This document shows positions 1 through 11,572 of a stretch of DNA of 64,000 nucleotides, one piece after another (the first letter of the stretch is position 1; every line of letters begins with the position of its first letter). The position numbers and the translations under genes are program-made. Under the pieces are notes generated by a model. The model saw only the letters and a list, made by a program, of their open reading frames with translations, did not search any database and was not told the DNA's origin. Source of the DNA: Girardia tigrina (Eukaryota); contig MQRK01241688.1 of assembly GCA_001938485.1 (NCBI GenBank), positions 1-64,000 of the forward strand, in the 5' to 3' direction.

Positions 1-1552
1 GTCAACATATGATGTAGCAGACGACTGAAGAAAGACAGTATTCTTGTCCATAGTGCGAATCACTTCGGAAGGGAGAAAATTTTGTCTTGCAGTTATGATT
101 TTTTCTGTTGCAAACTTTCAGATTTCTTCATCATCATCACCAACAGCAGCTAGGAGTATATTTTCTGGATGTGAGAAGTAATTGTTGTTCTGAATGACAG
201 GAAAGATGATTTCTTGGTCTGATGGATCGAAATCCTGCAGAAGTTGGAGCATATAAAAAATATTTCTTGCACCATCTTGGCATGACGAGTGAGTCTTTAT
301 ATAAAACCATGACGGTCCATAGAAATTGACAATAAATTTCACTATTCGCATGAGAGGTTCAGATGGAGCAGTTTCGGACATATATAGTCGCAGAATTATA
401 TTAGCTTTCGCTGGCCAGCGACTGTGATTCAAATTTCCTGGTTGTGCCATTTGTAGAAAAGGGACATCCTTGTTGTTGTGGTACCCTTTCTGGACTGCCA
501 AGCATACTCTGAGGAAATACAATTGATCAGTGTTCAATTCTTTCTTGACATTTTCACTAATATCTACGACCTTTCCAGGAAGGGACATAAAGGCTACTAC
601 GGGCTTGCCTTTTGGATCAAAATCAAGAACGCTTCCTATTTCACCACATGACGTTTTTGGACTTTTTGTTTCTCCACCATCGACGACTGAAAAATACTTC
701 CTGAATGGCAATTCATTTTCATGCAACAAGCATATCAGCCATTGTAGAGGTCGCCCTAGGCTTTTTTCGAGTCTTCTGATTATTCCATTATTTTTTCCGG
801 TGTTTGTATTGGTTCCATCGCATACAATTGCTTGAAGGGTCANNNNNNNNNNNNNGCTAACGATGATTGACATGATTTCTTTGCCAATATCCACAGCTTT
901 ACTACTTTGAGGTACAACATGATCGATATATGTTTCCCCTGGAAAGGCGACAATCACATAATGCTCCTCTTTTAGAATCCTTCTATGAAGTAAGGTGGAA
1001 TCTTGTTTCCCGTCGAAACCGAGGCAAATCCTGTTTTTCGCTTCTGCTGAATGCTGTTCAATTTCTCTCTCCCTCCAGTACTTTCTCTGACGCCGTAATT
1101 TTGCGGGATCGATGATTGTTTGAGAGGATAACAGTTCCATATCTTTCAGAAAAGCGTTTACTAGCAAACACGTGTCTCTGTTACTCACACCACATCTGTC
1201 AACAGCTTTACTTAATTCAGGATAATTTCTTCTATTTTGAAATTCATGACATTCTTCTACGCTTGACTCTGAGCTTTCTGTTGACCTCTCTATACATGCA
1301 CGCGTTAGCTTGGACTTGTGAATAGAGTATGTCAAAAATGGTCTTTCCGCAAGCGTGTGACTGCTTGCAGGATGAATTTACAATGGCACGTGTGCGAGCA
1401 TTTTTACTGGGATAGTACTAATACATACAAGCAAAAGTTGGGACCTGTAAGCCCTTTTAAACAGCAGTCTTTTGCACGGATATTTCATTTTCTAGCATAA
1501 ACACAACTTTTTAGGCATGTTTGGAGAAAAAAAAATTTTTCGACCCACCCTA
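1..1552 (-). mobile_element. hAT-superfamily (hATm-like) DNA transposon, running off the window start
   Basis: ORF 118-1335 has GFDGK, CDGTNTNTG and WLICLLH (CxxH) motifs; terminus reads TAGGGTGGGTCG on the minus strand from 1552, typical of hATm-type ends. Confidence 0.7.
118..1335 (-). CDS. hAT-like transposase, probably frameshifted near 118
   Basis: 405-aa ORF with DDE-like acidic residues and the CLLH motif; coding-like sequence continues in another frame to the window edge. Confidence 0.7.
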   Translation of the reverse strand: MTYSIHKSKLTRACIERSTESSESSVEECHEFQNRRNYPELSKAVDRCGVSNRDTCLLVNAFLKDMELLSSQTIIDPAKLRRQRKYWREREIEQHSAEAKNRICLGFDGKQDSTLLHRRILKEEHYVIVAFPGETYIDHVVPQSSKAVDIGKEIMSIIVSXXXXXTLQAIVCDGTNTNTGKNNGIIRRLEKSLGRPLQWLICLLHENELPFRKYFSVVDGGETKSPKTSCGEIGSVLDFDPKGKPVVAFMSLPGKVVDISENVKKELNTDQLYFLRVCLAVQKGYHNNKDVPFLQMAQPGNLNHSRWPAKANIILRLYMSETAPSEPLMRIVKFIVNFYGPSWFYIKTHSSCQDGARNIFYMLQLLQDFDPSDQEIIFPVIQNNNYFSHPENILLAAVGDDDEEI

Positions 1553-1684
1553 TTATTTATACTGACTATTTATGGCGTATATTCTTTATAAAGTTCAATA
1601 AGAAAGAAATGTTTGTTTAAACCTCTTCATTCTCAAATGATGATTATATAACCAAAGAGTAATTATATCATAAAAGTATGAATA

Positions 1685-1895
1685 CCGTATTTTTCCGTGT
1701 ATAAGACCGCTTTTTTTGTCAAAATTTAATGAACATTTAACGCAAATTATCAAAAATTAGAAAATATTTGAAATATTTTTCCAACACAAAAGATTTCAAT
1801 ATATTTTCTAGAATGAATTAAAGTACTTTTTGGAACTTTTTTCCAAAAATGCACAACCAAAAATAATGGGGGATCTTATAAACGGAAAAATACGG
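1685..1895. mobile_element. pogo/Tc1-mariner-type MITE
   Basis: TIRs CCGTATTTTTCCGTGTATAAGA / TCTTATAAACGGAAAAATACGG; TA on both flanks (1683-84, 1896-97). Confidence 0.85.
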
Positions 1896-2632
1896 TAGAT
1901 ATACTTGCGCTTTTTTCATAGAAGGGTTAGTGGCTTCTTGTTTCTTATCTGAGTTAATGACCACAAATATATAATAATAAATATTTATTGAAATAGAAAA
2001 AAGACGTGAGTTAAAATATCACTAACAACTAAAAACTTTATTGGAGGAATTAGCCAAATAAATAATAAGACAACTTTGTTAATATGAAGAAATTTTGATT
2101 TTGGCAATTTCCAGCTTATGTCTGCAAACGTGGCGCGATTTTTTTGTGTAGGGGGATCAATGAAGAATCAATTGCTATGATTAGAGATCATTATCAATAG
2201 CAACTCGAATCTTAATGAAAGTCTTAAGTAACATTAGAAAATGGGATTTTAAATTTTTTCAATCAACCCAGTTAGATTTTTCCGGGACCATGTTGTTTGC
2301 CGTATTAGTGAAAGTCTCTTTTGTCACAAAGAAAAGTATCATTACGAATCTGCAAGTTCACATCAGTGGGCTTTCGGTTTTATATATGCCTCCTTTATAA
2401 CAGTAAGGAGTATAATGCATGGAGTCCCCAACATTTCAATAATAATTATTATTATATGTTTTTGTAATATGTAACATTCTGCTAACAATTTTGCAACATA
2501 TGTTCAATATATGCATATTTAGGGGCGTATCTTTATTATAATACAAAAATTTAACCTCTAAGCATGAAAAAAATTAAACATTAATAAAAGAATTTAAATA
2601 AAAGATATATACATACTGAATATAAATAAATA

Positions 2633-3750
2633 CAGAGTGTGATTTAAAACGCTCTTTTTGCCAAAACATAATGTAAAAACTTGAGCCAAAACAAAAAGAA
2701 GTGATAAGAAAAAAAGATTTTATAAAATAATTTATTTTCTATGAATATAAAATTTTCTTCATTCAGCTGCAATCAGAATGGAAAGAAGAAGTCAAAACTG
2801 TGATTAAGTTTTTCCATGTACTTTTCTGACTCGTGAATATCCCCCATAACTAAAAGTCAGTGAGTGTCAGATCATGGCTTCTTAGGACCATTCCATTGGG
2901 TCATCACGTCCAATACGTCGATTTTACAGTCGTTAATTAAGCGCATTTTTTAAATTGCTATAGAAATGTGAAGGAGAGCAATCTTGTTGGTACAGCAAGC
3001 TCCAATTCTACATCACACAACAATGAGAATACTCAAGTGTTCAGAATCTTTAGACAGATTTTTGTGTTCATATTCGAGTCAATAATTTTAAAGTGCGTGC
3101 CAATTATTTGAGTAATTAATGTGCCGCTAGTAATTGATGGTGATTTCATCTTCATCAAAATTACACGTTGATTACTGGCAGAATAAATTAATGAATTGTG
3201 GTGGTTAACGGAACCGTTTAGGTGGAATGTCGCCTCATCACTGAACATAATATTATGTTGGAAATTGATTTCCAATTTCTGTTTCTCTAGGATAAAACGA
3301 GAAAAGAAAGGTTTTGGATAGTCACTCTGTATGGTCTCCTGAACACGAACAAATTTCAGGGGCTTAATTAACTCTTCATTGAGAATTTAATTCACGGAGG
3401 GATCTGATAAATTGGTAGCATTAGTAACCCTTCGTTGAGATGTTGTTGAGCAATCTCTGAAAACAATAACAACTTCATTTTTCTTCTCATTAGTAATCCT
3501 TCTATTGATATGATTACTAATCGGAATCCTTAGCAATACAGAGTGTTGAGTTGAACCTATTTTACAAACTTAGTATTGTTCGTGTAGGTAAAACTTCTTT
3601 GTAAAATCGATCAAAAGACATTTGAAGATCTTGTGAGCAATCAAATATGATGCTTGCTGATGAAGTGAAGGTTATTTCCTCATTTGTAATAGCTTTGTAA
3701 TTCAATGAATATTGTTTTAGATTAATAACCAATAATCTTTGATAACTCAT
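2633..3750 (-). mobile_element. decayed rosa/DD41D-type Tc1-mariner element
   Basis: IMFSDEATFHLNGSVNHHN (3033-3275); degenerate QQD and PRSHDLTLTDF.LWG near 2845-2990; CAGAGTG start after TA at 2631; right boundary approximate. Confidence 0.7.
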
Positions 3751-3850
3751 AAAAACTAAAAAAAACTGTGCACTACATTACCGCACTGTTATAATTGTGT
3801 TAATTAAATCAACTTATTTCAATGTTAAAAATCCGTCAGAAAAGAATATT

Positions 3851-4063
3851 CTTCTTCTTTTGACGTTAGCCGTTGGACCGTGGGTGCACCCAATTATAAA
3901 CAAGCCTTCGCCACATCTCTCTATTTGTAGCTTCTTTTCTCTTACATTCCATACTCAGTCCAGTCCATTCTTTTAAATCGTCCATCCATTGCCTCTTTGG
4001 TCTTCCTCTTGGTCTTTCTCCTTCCACTCTTCCCTCAATCATAACCTTTGCTAATGCTTGTTT
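3851..4063 (-). mobile_element. 5'-truncated RTE LINE 3' end with (GAA)n tail
   Basis: Minus strand encodes VMIEGRVEGERPRGRPKRQWMDDLKEWTG; GAA repeat tail; 15-bp TSD TCAGAAAAGAATATT at 3836-3850 and 4064-4078. Confidence 0.9.
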
Positions 4064-4429
4064 TCAGAAAAGAATATTATTATTTAAATAATTATTCCTA
4101 TTAAAAATGTGTTAAAAATTCTAATTTATTTTAATTTAATTTTAATATATTTTTTGAAATTTCATATTAAATTATAAGGCTTTTTTTAATTTGTGAATTA
4201 TTTGTAATTATATAAATAATTTTTTAAAAAATATTTAAATTTTTTTCTTTTTCATGACAAAATCGTAATCAACTGATTTTTTGCAAACAATTATAAAATA
4301 TTAATATCTTATTATAATGTTAAATTTATAATTATTAGATATTATTGTTAGACATACGGCGACCAAAAGTTATGTCAAATATTGAAATTCCTTGAAATCA
4401 AAACAGAAATATTCTATTATTTTTAAATG

Positions 4430-5750
4430 CCAGCTTTACGAGGAACGATGGTCAGACGAGAAGCAACGCAATTGTCATTAAGGAAATATCTCTTAAATGT
4501 GATGATTTACTTCATGTACTTTTGTTACCCCATCCCATCTGGTTTACCATTTCAGGAATTTATTTTGCAGAAAATTAAAATAAAACTTTACTATGTGGTA
4601 GTTCCAATATAATGTAACATCATTCACAACACTTTACGGTAACGACGTATGTCTAGGAAATTGGGCAACAATCTTTTGGGATTGTTGTGTAAGGATCAAT
4701 CCTTTTACAACTATAAATTATTTGATAGTCGAGAACTTTCATCCTTTGATTTCATATTATAATATTCATTTTAAAAGAAACGTTTAATGTAAATAAAGCA
4801 AATGTAAATTTTTCCAAAAGAAATCAAAGGTTGGATAAAAAGCTTTGCAATAGCTCTTCCATAATAGGTATCCAGTTTCTCAACAGTGGTTACCAAACTG
4901 CAATTTCATCTTCAATCTGTTCGCTTCTCTTCATTTGCTAAAGCTAAGGAAAAGTACTTTATCCAAATGTTCTAACGTGGGCTCAAAATGTTTGTTCAAT
5001 AACTTGGATAAGAAACACCGAATCGTTATACTGTAATATATAACATGAATAAACATAAGGTTTCAACATAAGAGCCATTTACAGTCTCACAATTTTGTAA
5101 GCACTGAATCAGAGAATGCATCAGAAAACTCTCGCCCTCTTCTCTCAAAGCTGTTTGTTACACAAATATTTCTTTAAATACCTCCAGAATTCGCATGGAT
5201 GCTGCACTTTTGTGGATTTATGTCTTGCACTGAAGAAACCACATGAAAATGCCTTATACTTTTCGTATATCATGTCCTCACTCACACACAATATTAGAGT
5301 AGTATGTATAGTTGAGCCTAGAGTTTGTTTCTAGACAAATAAACGAAAGGAACAACATGGACATCCAAAAAAATCATCTACATTAAACATTTTCTGAGGG
5401 ATGCTCCAGATCTCATCTTGAAACTTGATTCTCCAAGAAATTTTCACTCACTTGAATTGCTTTTTAATTCTGGCAGATACAAACTAAAAAGATTTTTATC
5501 TTGTGGGATGATATTACAAAGCAATGCCTCACAAAACTGTATAAAAAGTAGGCTTATCTGCAAGAACTCCAGTGGCTTCTCACACATCTCTGATGAAAGA
5601 AATCGTGGAAAAAATCTTAACTCAAGCTTTCTTACTCTCAGACCATGCAGCATTACTTTTTTTGATTCCTTCGTTTACATTTGCAGAATCAACCAGTGTC
5701 CGCGTTGTTGTTCGACTATCTTCTTATAGAAAAGATTCTCACTTTCCTTT
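4430..5750 (-). pseudogene. decayed protein-coding-like segment, unidentified
   Basis: Higher GC than the flanks; protein-like stretches broken by stops (MLHGLRVRKLELRFFPRF; IEDEIAVW.PLLRNWIPYYGRAIAKLF). Confidence 0.3.
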
Positions 5751-6959
5751 AATTTTTAATGAAATAGGTCTTCTTAAATTTTCAGAATTTTAAATTTAAG
5801 ATTGTTAATCGCGTTTATACCATTTTTGTTATCAGAAATTTTAGAATTCATATTTATTATAATAATTTATTTATAAAAATAATACACATATTTAAACAAA
5901 TTTCTCGTAAATTTAATCATTTCGCAAAAATTCATTTTTGAAATTTTCTTTCAATTTAATTTGTAAAATTTTATTTATAATTATAAAATTTATTTTTAAA
6001 TTATTATAAAAATTTATTTTTGTAAAAATATTAGAAATTTTAATCTGTTTGTTTATATATTTTAAAATTCTTATTTTTTAAACTTTTATTAATTATTTTC
6101 CTATAAAAATATATCAATTTTTATTTATGTAAACATTTTTTGTGGTTTTATATAATTATTTACTTTTCTTTGTTTTAATTAAAAAATCATTTTAAAACTT
6201 TTGTATTGGTTTCATTTTTTGTAATTTTCAAATTAAAAAAAAATCTATAAATTATTTGTCGAAATGGAAATTTTAACTAACTCTTCATCAAAATAAAAAA
6301 TTTTATTTAATTTATTTTCCTTTCGTTATGCAAGAAAAATATAATTTTATTGTCAAGTCATTATTTTGGTTTTCGTATTTTGTAAGAAATTTTCAAATCT
6401 CTTTTCCGATAGATTAAGTATAAAGTAAATTGCTGATAAATGTTTTTAAAAAAACAATTTTCATTTAAAATAGTTATCTAAATTCTTCTTTTTTCAATAA
6501 AAATCAAGAAGAAAAAATTTGTTTTATGCCTCAGGGCGAGAAATTTTGAAATCCGGCCGCGTCTGTGTATGACAAGATTTAATGAACTACCGCTACAATC
6601 TTTATAAAAGGAAGAGAGTCAGTTGCTGAAAATATTTTAAAAGTGGATCAAAGAAAAACGATGAAAGCGTAAAACGAAGACATAAAGATCAGTAAAATTC
6701 AAGTAAGAATGCACAATAACGAGTTAATTTTTTTGTTCTTTAATAACTTCAAGACTAAGACTTATAATTAGTGAATCTGAAAAAAATTTCAATAGAATAT
6801 AAATAATAACTATAAAAATTCAAAAGAAATTTTGAAAACTTTGAAATTTTCTAAAACAAAAATTAATATTAAATTTCCTCTTTTTTACTCTTCTTTTTGT
6901 TTTATTTATATTTCTTATTTTTATATTGCTCACAAGCTTAGGTTCTTTTGCGATATATA

Positions 6960-7720
6960 TTGACATCAATAAATGGTCACAACATTATATGTTAGAGGAT
7001 TGGGAATTATAACATTAATGATTTTGTGACACTGTTAAATTCATTCTTAAATTCATACTTGATTGTGGAACAAGTCCATCGATGCACCAAAAATATATTT
7101 GAGAATAACAATACATAAATAAAATGCCTACAATATTCAGTGCAGTGAGATCCATAGATCCGGATAATAATCTGATCCCTAAATCAAGAGATTAAAAGGC
7201 TTGGGATTTCAGGATTTCAGGATTGAATTTAAACTTTGTTTCCGTATAGATAGATTCAAATCTAAAAGGAAATGATTTGACCTTTTAAAAATAGCTTCGT
7301 CGACATGCTCGACAGGATCCCTGAAGTTAAGCCAGCATTGTAAAAGACTTTCATTTATAAGAAATTTCTCGATGCTTTTACCGAACAAACCAGAAAATAC
7401 TTCAGCTGCTAGTTTGTTCAAATGAATATTTCCAAAATTAATTTAAAGAAATTCTAACAATCTTCTTCAAGATTCTTTTTATCAATCAAATAAAACCGCA
7501 TCATGTAAATTGCATTCGGTTTAAAAATTTTCAAAGTCTTAGTTAACTTACACGTGAAGTTTTGTTTTTTTCTGTGTAGATGTTCGACAGAGTCCTCATG
7601 TTTATCAAGGGACTGATCGGTCCAAGCAGAATCATTGGGCCTTTTGAGTTACTCTTGTTATGTTGGACCAATTTGAAATATTTTTATTAGATTGTTATTG
7701 ATTTTTCTTGGTTCATAATC
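6960..7720 (-). pseudogene. decayed protein-coding-like segment, unidentified
   Basis: ORF 7209-7421 plus in-register flanking fragments with stops; no family recognised. Confidence 0.3.
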
Positions 7721-8066
7721 ATTATTTTTAAAACCATTAACAAGAGTTTAATTTGTATAAAATAAAAGAAATTCGTTTTCAAAATTCAAATTCGATAAAT
7801 CAAATAAATTCGACAATACACTTTTATCCCAAACCATTTGTTAACAAAACAAATATCAGCTAAAATTAGTTCTATAATTAGCCGACAAAAATATAAATCA
7901 TTTCAAATCATTCGCCAAAATGGTTTTCAAATTTATTTGTGATAAAATTCAATTTGATTACAAAAATTTGTTCCATATTCCGTTTGATAAAAAAATTCTT
8001 TTTTGAAAAGTTTGTGAAATAGTGATTTTAAAATACACTCCATATTTCGTCATCTCACAAGGCGCG

Positions 8067-8090
8067 CTCTGATTGGTTAATCAATCAGAG
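8067..8090. promoter_or_regulatory. palindromic CCAAT-box-like element
   Basis: CTCTGATTG-GTTAAT-CAATCAGAG inverted repeat containing GATTGG, preceded by GGCGCG, in a small CpG-rich patch. Confidence 0.4.
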
Positions 8091-8333
8091 TGAGTCGATC
8101 GACGCATCTATTGTTTTACTCGGATATCCTGATTTCGCGACAATAATGGACTTGATGAGTTATCGAGTAATTAAATTTGCAAAAACAACTAATTGAGTTA
8201 GAAGATGAATAAAGTATGTTTTTTTGATATTTAGATTTAAATACAAAATATATATTTATTGCATAATAGTATTAATTGTCAAAAATTAATTATAAAAAAT
8301 AATTAATTAAAATTAAAAATATACATATTTCAG

Positions 8334-8773
8334 TTATAGGAGCGTGGGTCTGGCATCCAACGGAAGTCGCTGGATTCCCAGCCACTCAAACGTGAGAAGC
8401 AACGCTGACCAACCGGCGTCTTGTCGGTCGACACCAGTTGTTGGTGCAGCCATCGACCCCACTGTCAGGATTAACGCGACCGTCGATCGATCCTCCTGTC
8501 GACTATTGGGTGGCGTTCTCAATCCCCGACAGCGCATCGACTGAATCGATACCGGCTGTCGAGGGGAGCGTTCTGGTGGATTCGGCGATCTGGTGACCAA
8601 CCAGGGATGGAGCTTGCAGAACCGGCGCGAAGTCTGAATATCGGTAGGAACCGACCTGTGTTCTGAGGCGAACGGTCAGAACCCGACGAAATGGACTGGT
8701 GGGATCACAGTAGACAGCGACCGTGAAGTGGAGCGACGTCTGCGGTAAACTCACGCCCGTGGTGAGAATGTGG
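8334..8773 (+). ncRNA. GC-rich, highly self-complementary island; candidate structured ncRNA
   Basis: Roughly 55-60% GC in an extremely AT-rich context; no consistent ORF; several hairpins; 5' and 3' ends complementary; begins right after TTTCAG; strand is a guess. Confidence 0.4.
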
Positions 8774-9463
8774 TTTAAAAATAGCATAGAGTGTTTAATA
8801 TTGAATCAAATCAAACAAGAGACCATGTTGTGCAATATATTTTATTTTTCAATTAATACGATTAAAGAACAACATAATAATTTTCATAAGGTTATTGTTT
8901 TTATTATTTTTTGATTTATAAGGGCCTTTTTTTCTAATCCGATTTTTCGAATCGGATTTTTTTTGGTTGATTGAGAAGATCACTACAAGGAGATTATATG
9001 AAATAAGATTTTATTGTATAAAACGTAATAGAACTCTAATAAAAGATATTTAATATTTTTAACATATTTTTTCGTTCTTCTTAAGTTCTTTTATTCATCT
9101 ATATAATAATCTAATTTAATTTAGAATTTTATTTTATAGATAAAAAGATGCTTCTGGACACTATGTGTTCCGGTTTTTTAAAGATAATAAATTATTTTTT
9201 TAAAAGTTTCTCACTATTTTTAAAAATAAATTTTTTTTAAAAAAAAATCTGGAATCTACAAAAGAAGATTTACTTTACCAAATCAATAGTATGACAGAAA
9301 ATTAAATGAATTCTTTGCCAGATGTTAGAAAGCAAAGAAAATCTCAGAAAAAAATATTTTAATTTTTTTATTTAAATTTTTATAATTTTACATTTTATAT
9401 AATGTTTTTTAACCAAGAATAAATTTTTTTTCAATTTTTATTTTATTCGTTTTTTTATTAATA

Positions 9464-10808
9464 CAGGGTTGTCAACTAAGTTTTTTTCCAATGCATTTGT
9501 CGTTGTATCTGGAGATCTATGACCGCTAAGAAATCCAAATTTGGTGTGCATATTGTATGATTAATACATATTATAACTATCAAAAAATTATTAATATTTA
9601 TTTCAGTTTTCATAATAAAAAATGCAATAAATTAAAAATTGTTTATTTAGAGTAATACGATATTACAATATTTTTGCAATCTTTCAAAGTAAACTATGAA
9701 TGTCAACAGAGAAGACGTGAGAAAGCTTATTTTCTATTGTTGGAAGCGTAAATTATCAGATGTAGACATTGCAAAAGAGATAAATAACACACTGGGAGAA
9801 GGAACAACTACGTCACGTACATGTTCCAACTGGGTAAAGAAATTCGAGAACGGTAACTTCGAGGTAAATGAAAAAGTTCGCAGTGGGCGACCTTCTTATG
9901 AGGTGGCTGCAGATATAGAACGAATTCTAGAGGAAAACAAACTTGCCACAACGAGATTCATGGGCCAAGAAATTGGAATTAGCCACGAAGCAATGCGTCT
10001 GAATCTCATGAAAATGAACAAATGTTACCTCGCCAACGTGTTGGTTGCACATGTTTTAACAGAAGCTGCTAAGGAAAAAAGAATGTTTGTGTGTGAAAAA
10101 CTGCTTGCTATGTACCGCAGCAACAATTTCCTGCACTGTATTGTAACTGTGGATTAGATTTGGGTATTCTGGGAAAATACATCCTCATACACTCACAAAT
10201 CTTGGCGTTGAAGTGGCGTTGAGCCTGCAACAGAATCCAAAGTGAAAATTAACTACGAGGAAGCATCTGGCTACCGTCTTCTGGGATTCGAAAGGTGTGA
10301 TCTTGATGGATGTGATAGAAAATGGAAAAACCCTGACGGCAACATACTACTGCAGTTTGCTGGAAAAGTTGAAGATAACTATCCAGGTAAAACGACGACG
10401 GAAAACCACGGACGGTTTTCTGTACCTTCTTCAGAACAACGCATGTCCACATACGACACATCTCACCCAGGACAATATTGCCGAAATGCATCTAAATATC
10501 CTGCCACATCCCCCCTATTCGCCGGATCTGGCTCCTTCAGACTACTATCTATTTTCACGAATGAAAGAAGCTTTGAATGGTCAGAACTGTGCATCTTCTG
10601 AGGAGGTTCAGGAGGAACTTCAGGAGTGGTTGAACACTAAGGCCGGATCCTTCTTCGAGAATGGTATCCATAAGTTGCCAGGACGTTGGCAACGTTGCAT
10701 TGAAAATAATGGCTGCTATTTTGAACACATGACTGATGAAGATGAATTATTGGACATTATATTTTATAGTTTTTGTTATTTTCCAAAAAAACTTAGTTGA
10801 CAACCCTG
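9464..10808 (+). mobile_element. full-length mariner (DD34D) element, inactivated
   Basis: TIRs CAGGGTTGTCAACTAAGTTTTTT at both ends; TA TSD; transposase 9696-~10770 with HTH, IVTVD*, QNNACPH and HPPYSPDLAPSDYYLF; stop at 10155 and a frameshift. Confidence 0.95.
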
Positions 10809-11149
10809 TATTTATTAGTTTAAATTGTAAAATCACAAACAAATTAATGAGAAAATTTAAAAAATGCAAAGAAATTAAATATTGTTACAGAAAAAAATTG
10901 AAATTCATATTTAATACAGAATGCAAACAACTGTTTTACAAAACCGAGCAAATAGTTTTTCTCTTCTGCGATCACAGAGTCAAATTGATGTGAAATTAGA
11001 ATCTAGAAACCACTTCAAATACGTAATTCCTTTTTTTTGTCAGTATATTTGTACCGAACTAGAGATTGATCCTAGCAATTTCTATCCGCTACCATATACG
11101 TTTTTATCTAACATTAATCTTCTTTGTATTCCGTCTGTTTTTCGTTGAT

Positions 11150-11421
11150 CCATAATTACATATTATTAACCTTCCCGTATCCATGGTGGTAAAAATGACA
11201 CCTTGTTAATCCGTGCTTAATTTGCTAATACTAATTCATAAGAGTTTTTGAAGAGTGTGGGTACTATATAAACTAAGACCGGGTATCAGTGTGACGTCAG
11301 TGTGTATTTGACTTTGGTTGATAACATTTAATAAGATAATTTAAAGAAAATTTGGCACGGATTAACAATGTGTCATTTTTACCACAATGAAAACGGGAAG
11401 GTTAATAATATGTAATTATGG
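11150..11421. mobile_element. long-TIR MITE, possibly piggyBac-type (TTAA-CCTT...AAGG-TTAA core)
   Basis: ~70-bp inverted repeats 11150-11222 and ~11348-11421. Confidence 0.75.
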
Positions 11422-11572
11422 TTAACATAACTTTCCTTTTTCAGTGATTAACAAGGTACTCTACTGTTTATAGTTCTAAGACCGGAAAATGTTTTCATTA
11501 AAGTCCCCCTTGAATTTTCAAAATGACGAAATTTTCCATGAGATAACTGTTAAAACGTGACTGGACAAGCTC

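Noticed and set aside
4430-7720. Alternative genetic code explaining in-frame stops
   Set aside because: All three stop types and frameshifts occur, and intact genes in the window read normally in the standard code.
8334-8787. Protein-coding ORFs in the GC island; firm SRP, RNase P or telomerase RNA call
   Set aside because: The ORFs are short, overlapping and use non-ATG starts; the diagnostic cores of those RNAs are not present.
3657-10740. Other CTGATGA heptamers (3658, 5590, 10732) as hammerheads
   Set aside because: No stem II followed by GAAA and a cleavage triplet.
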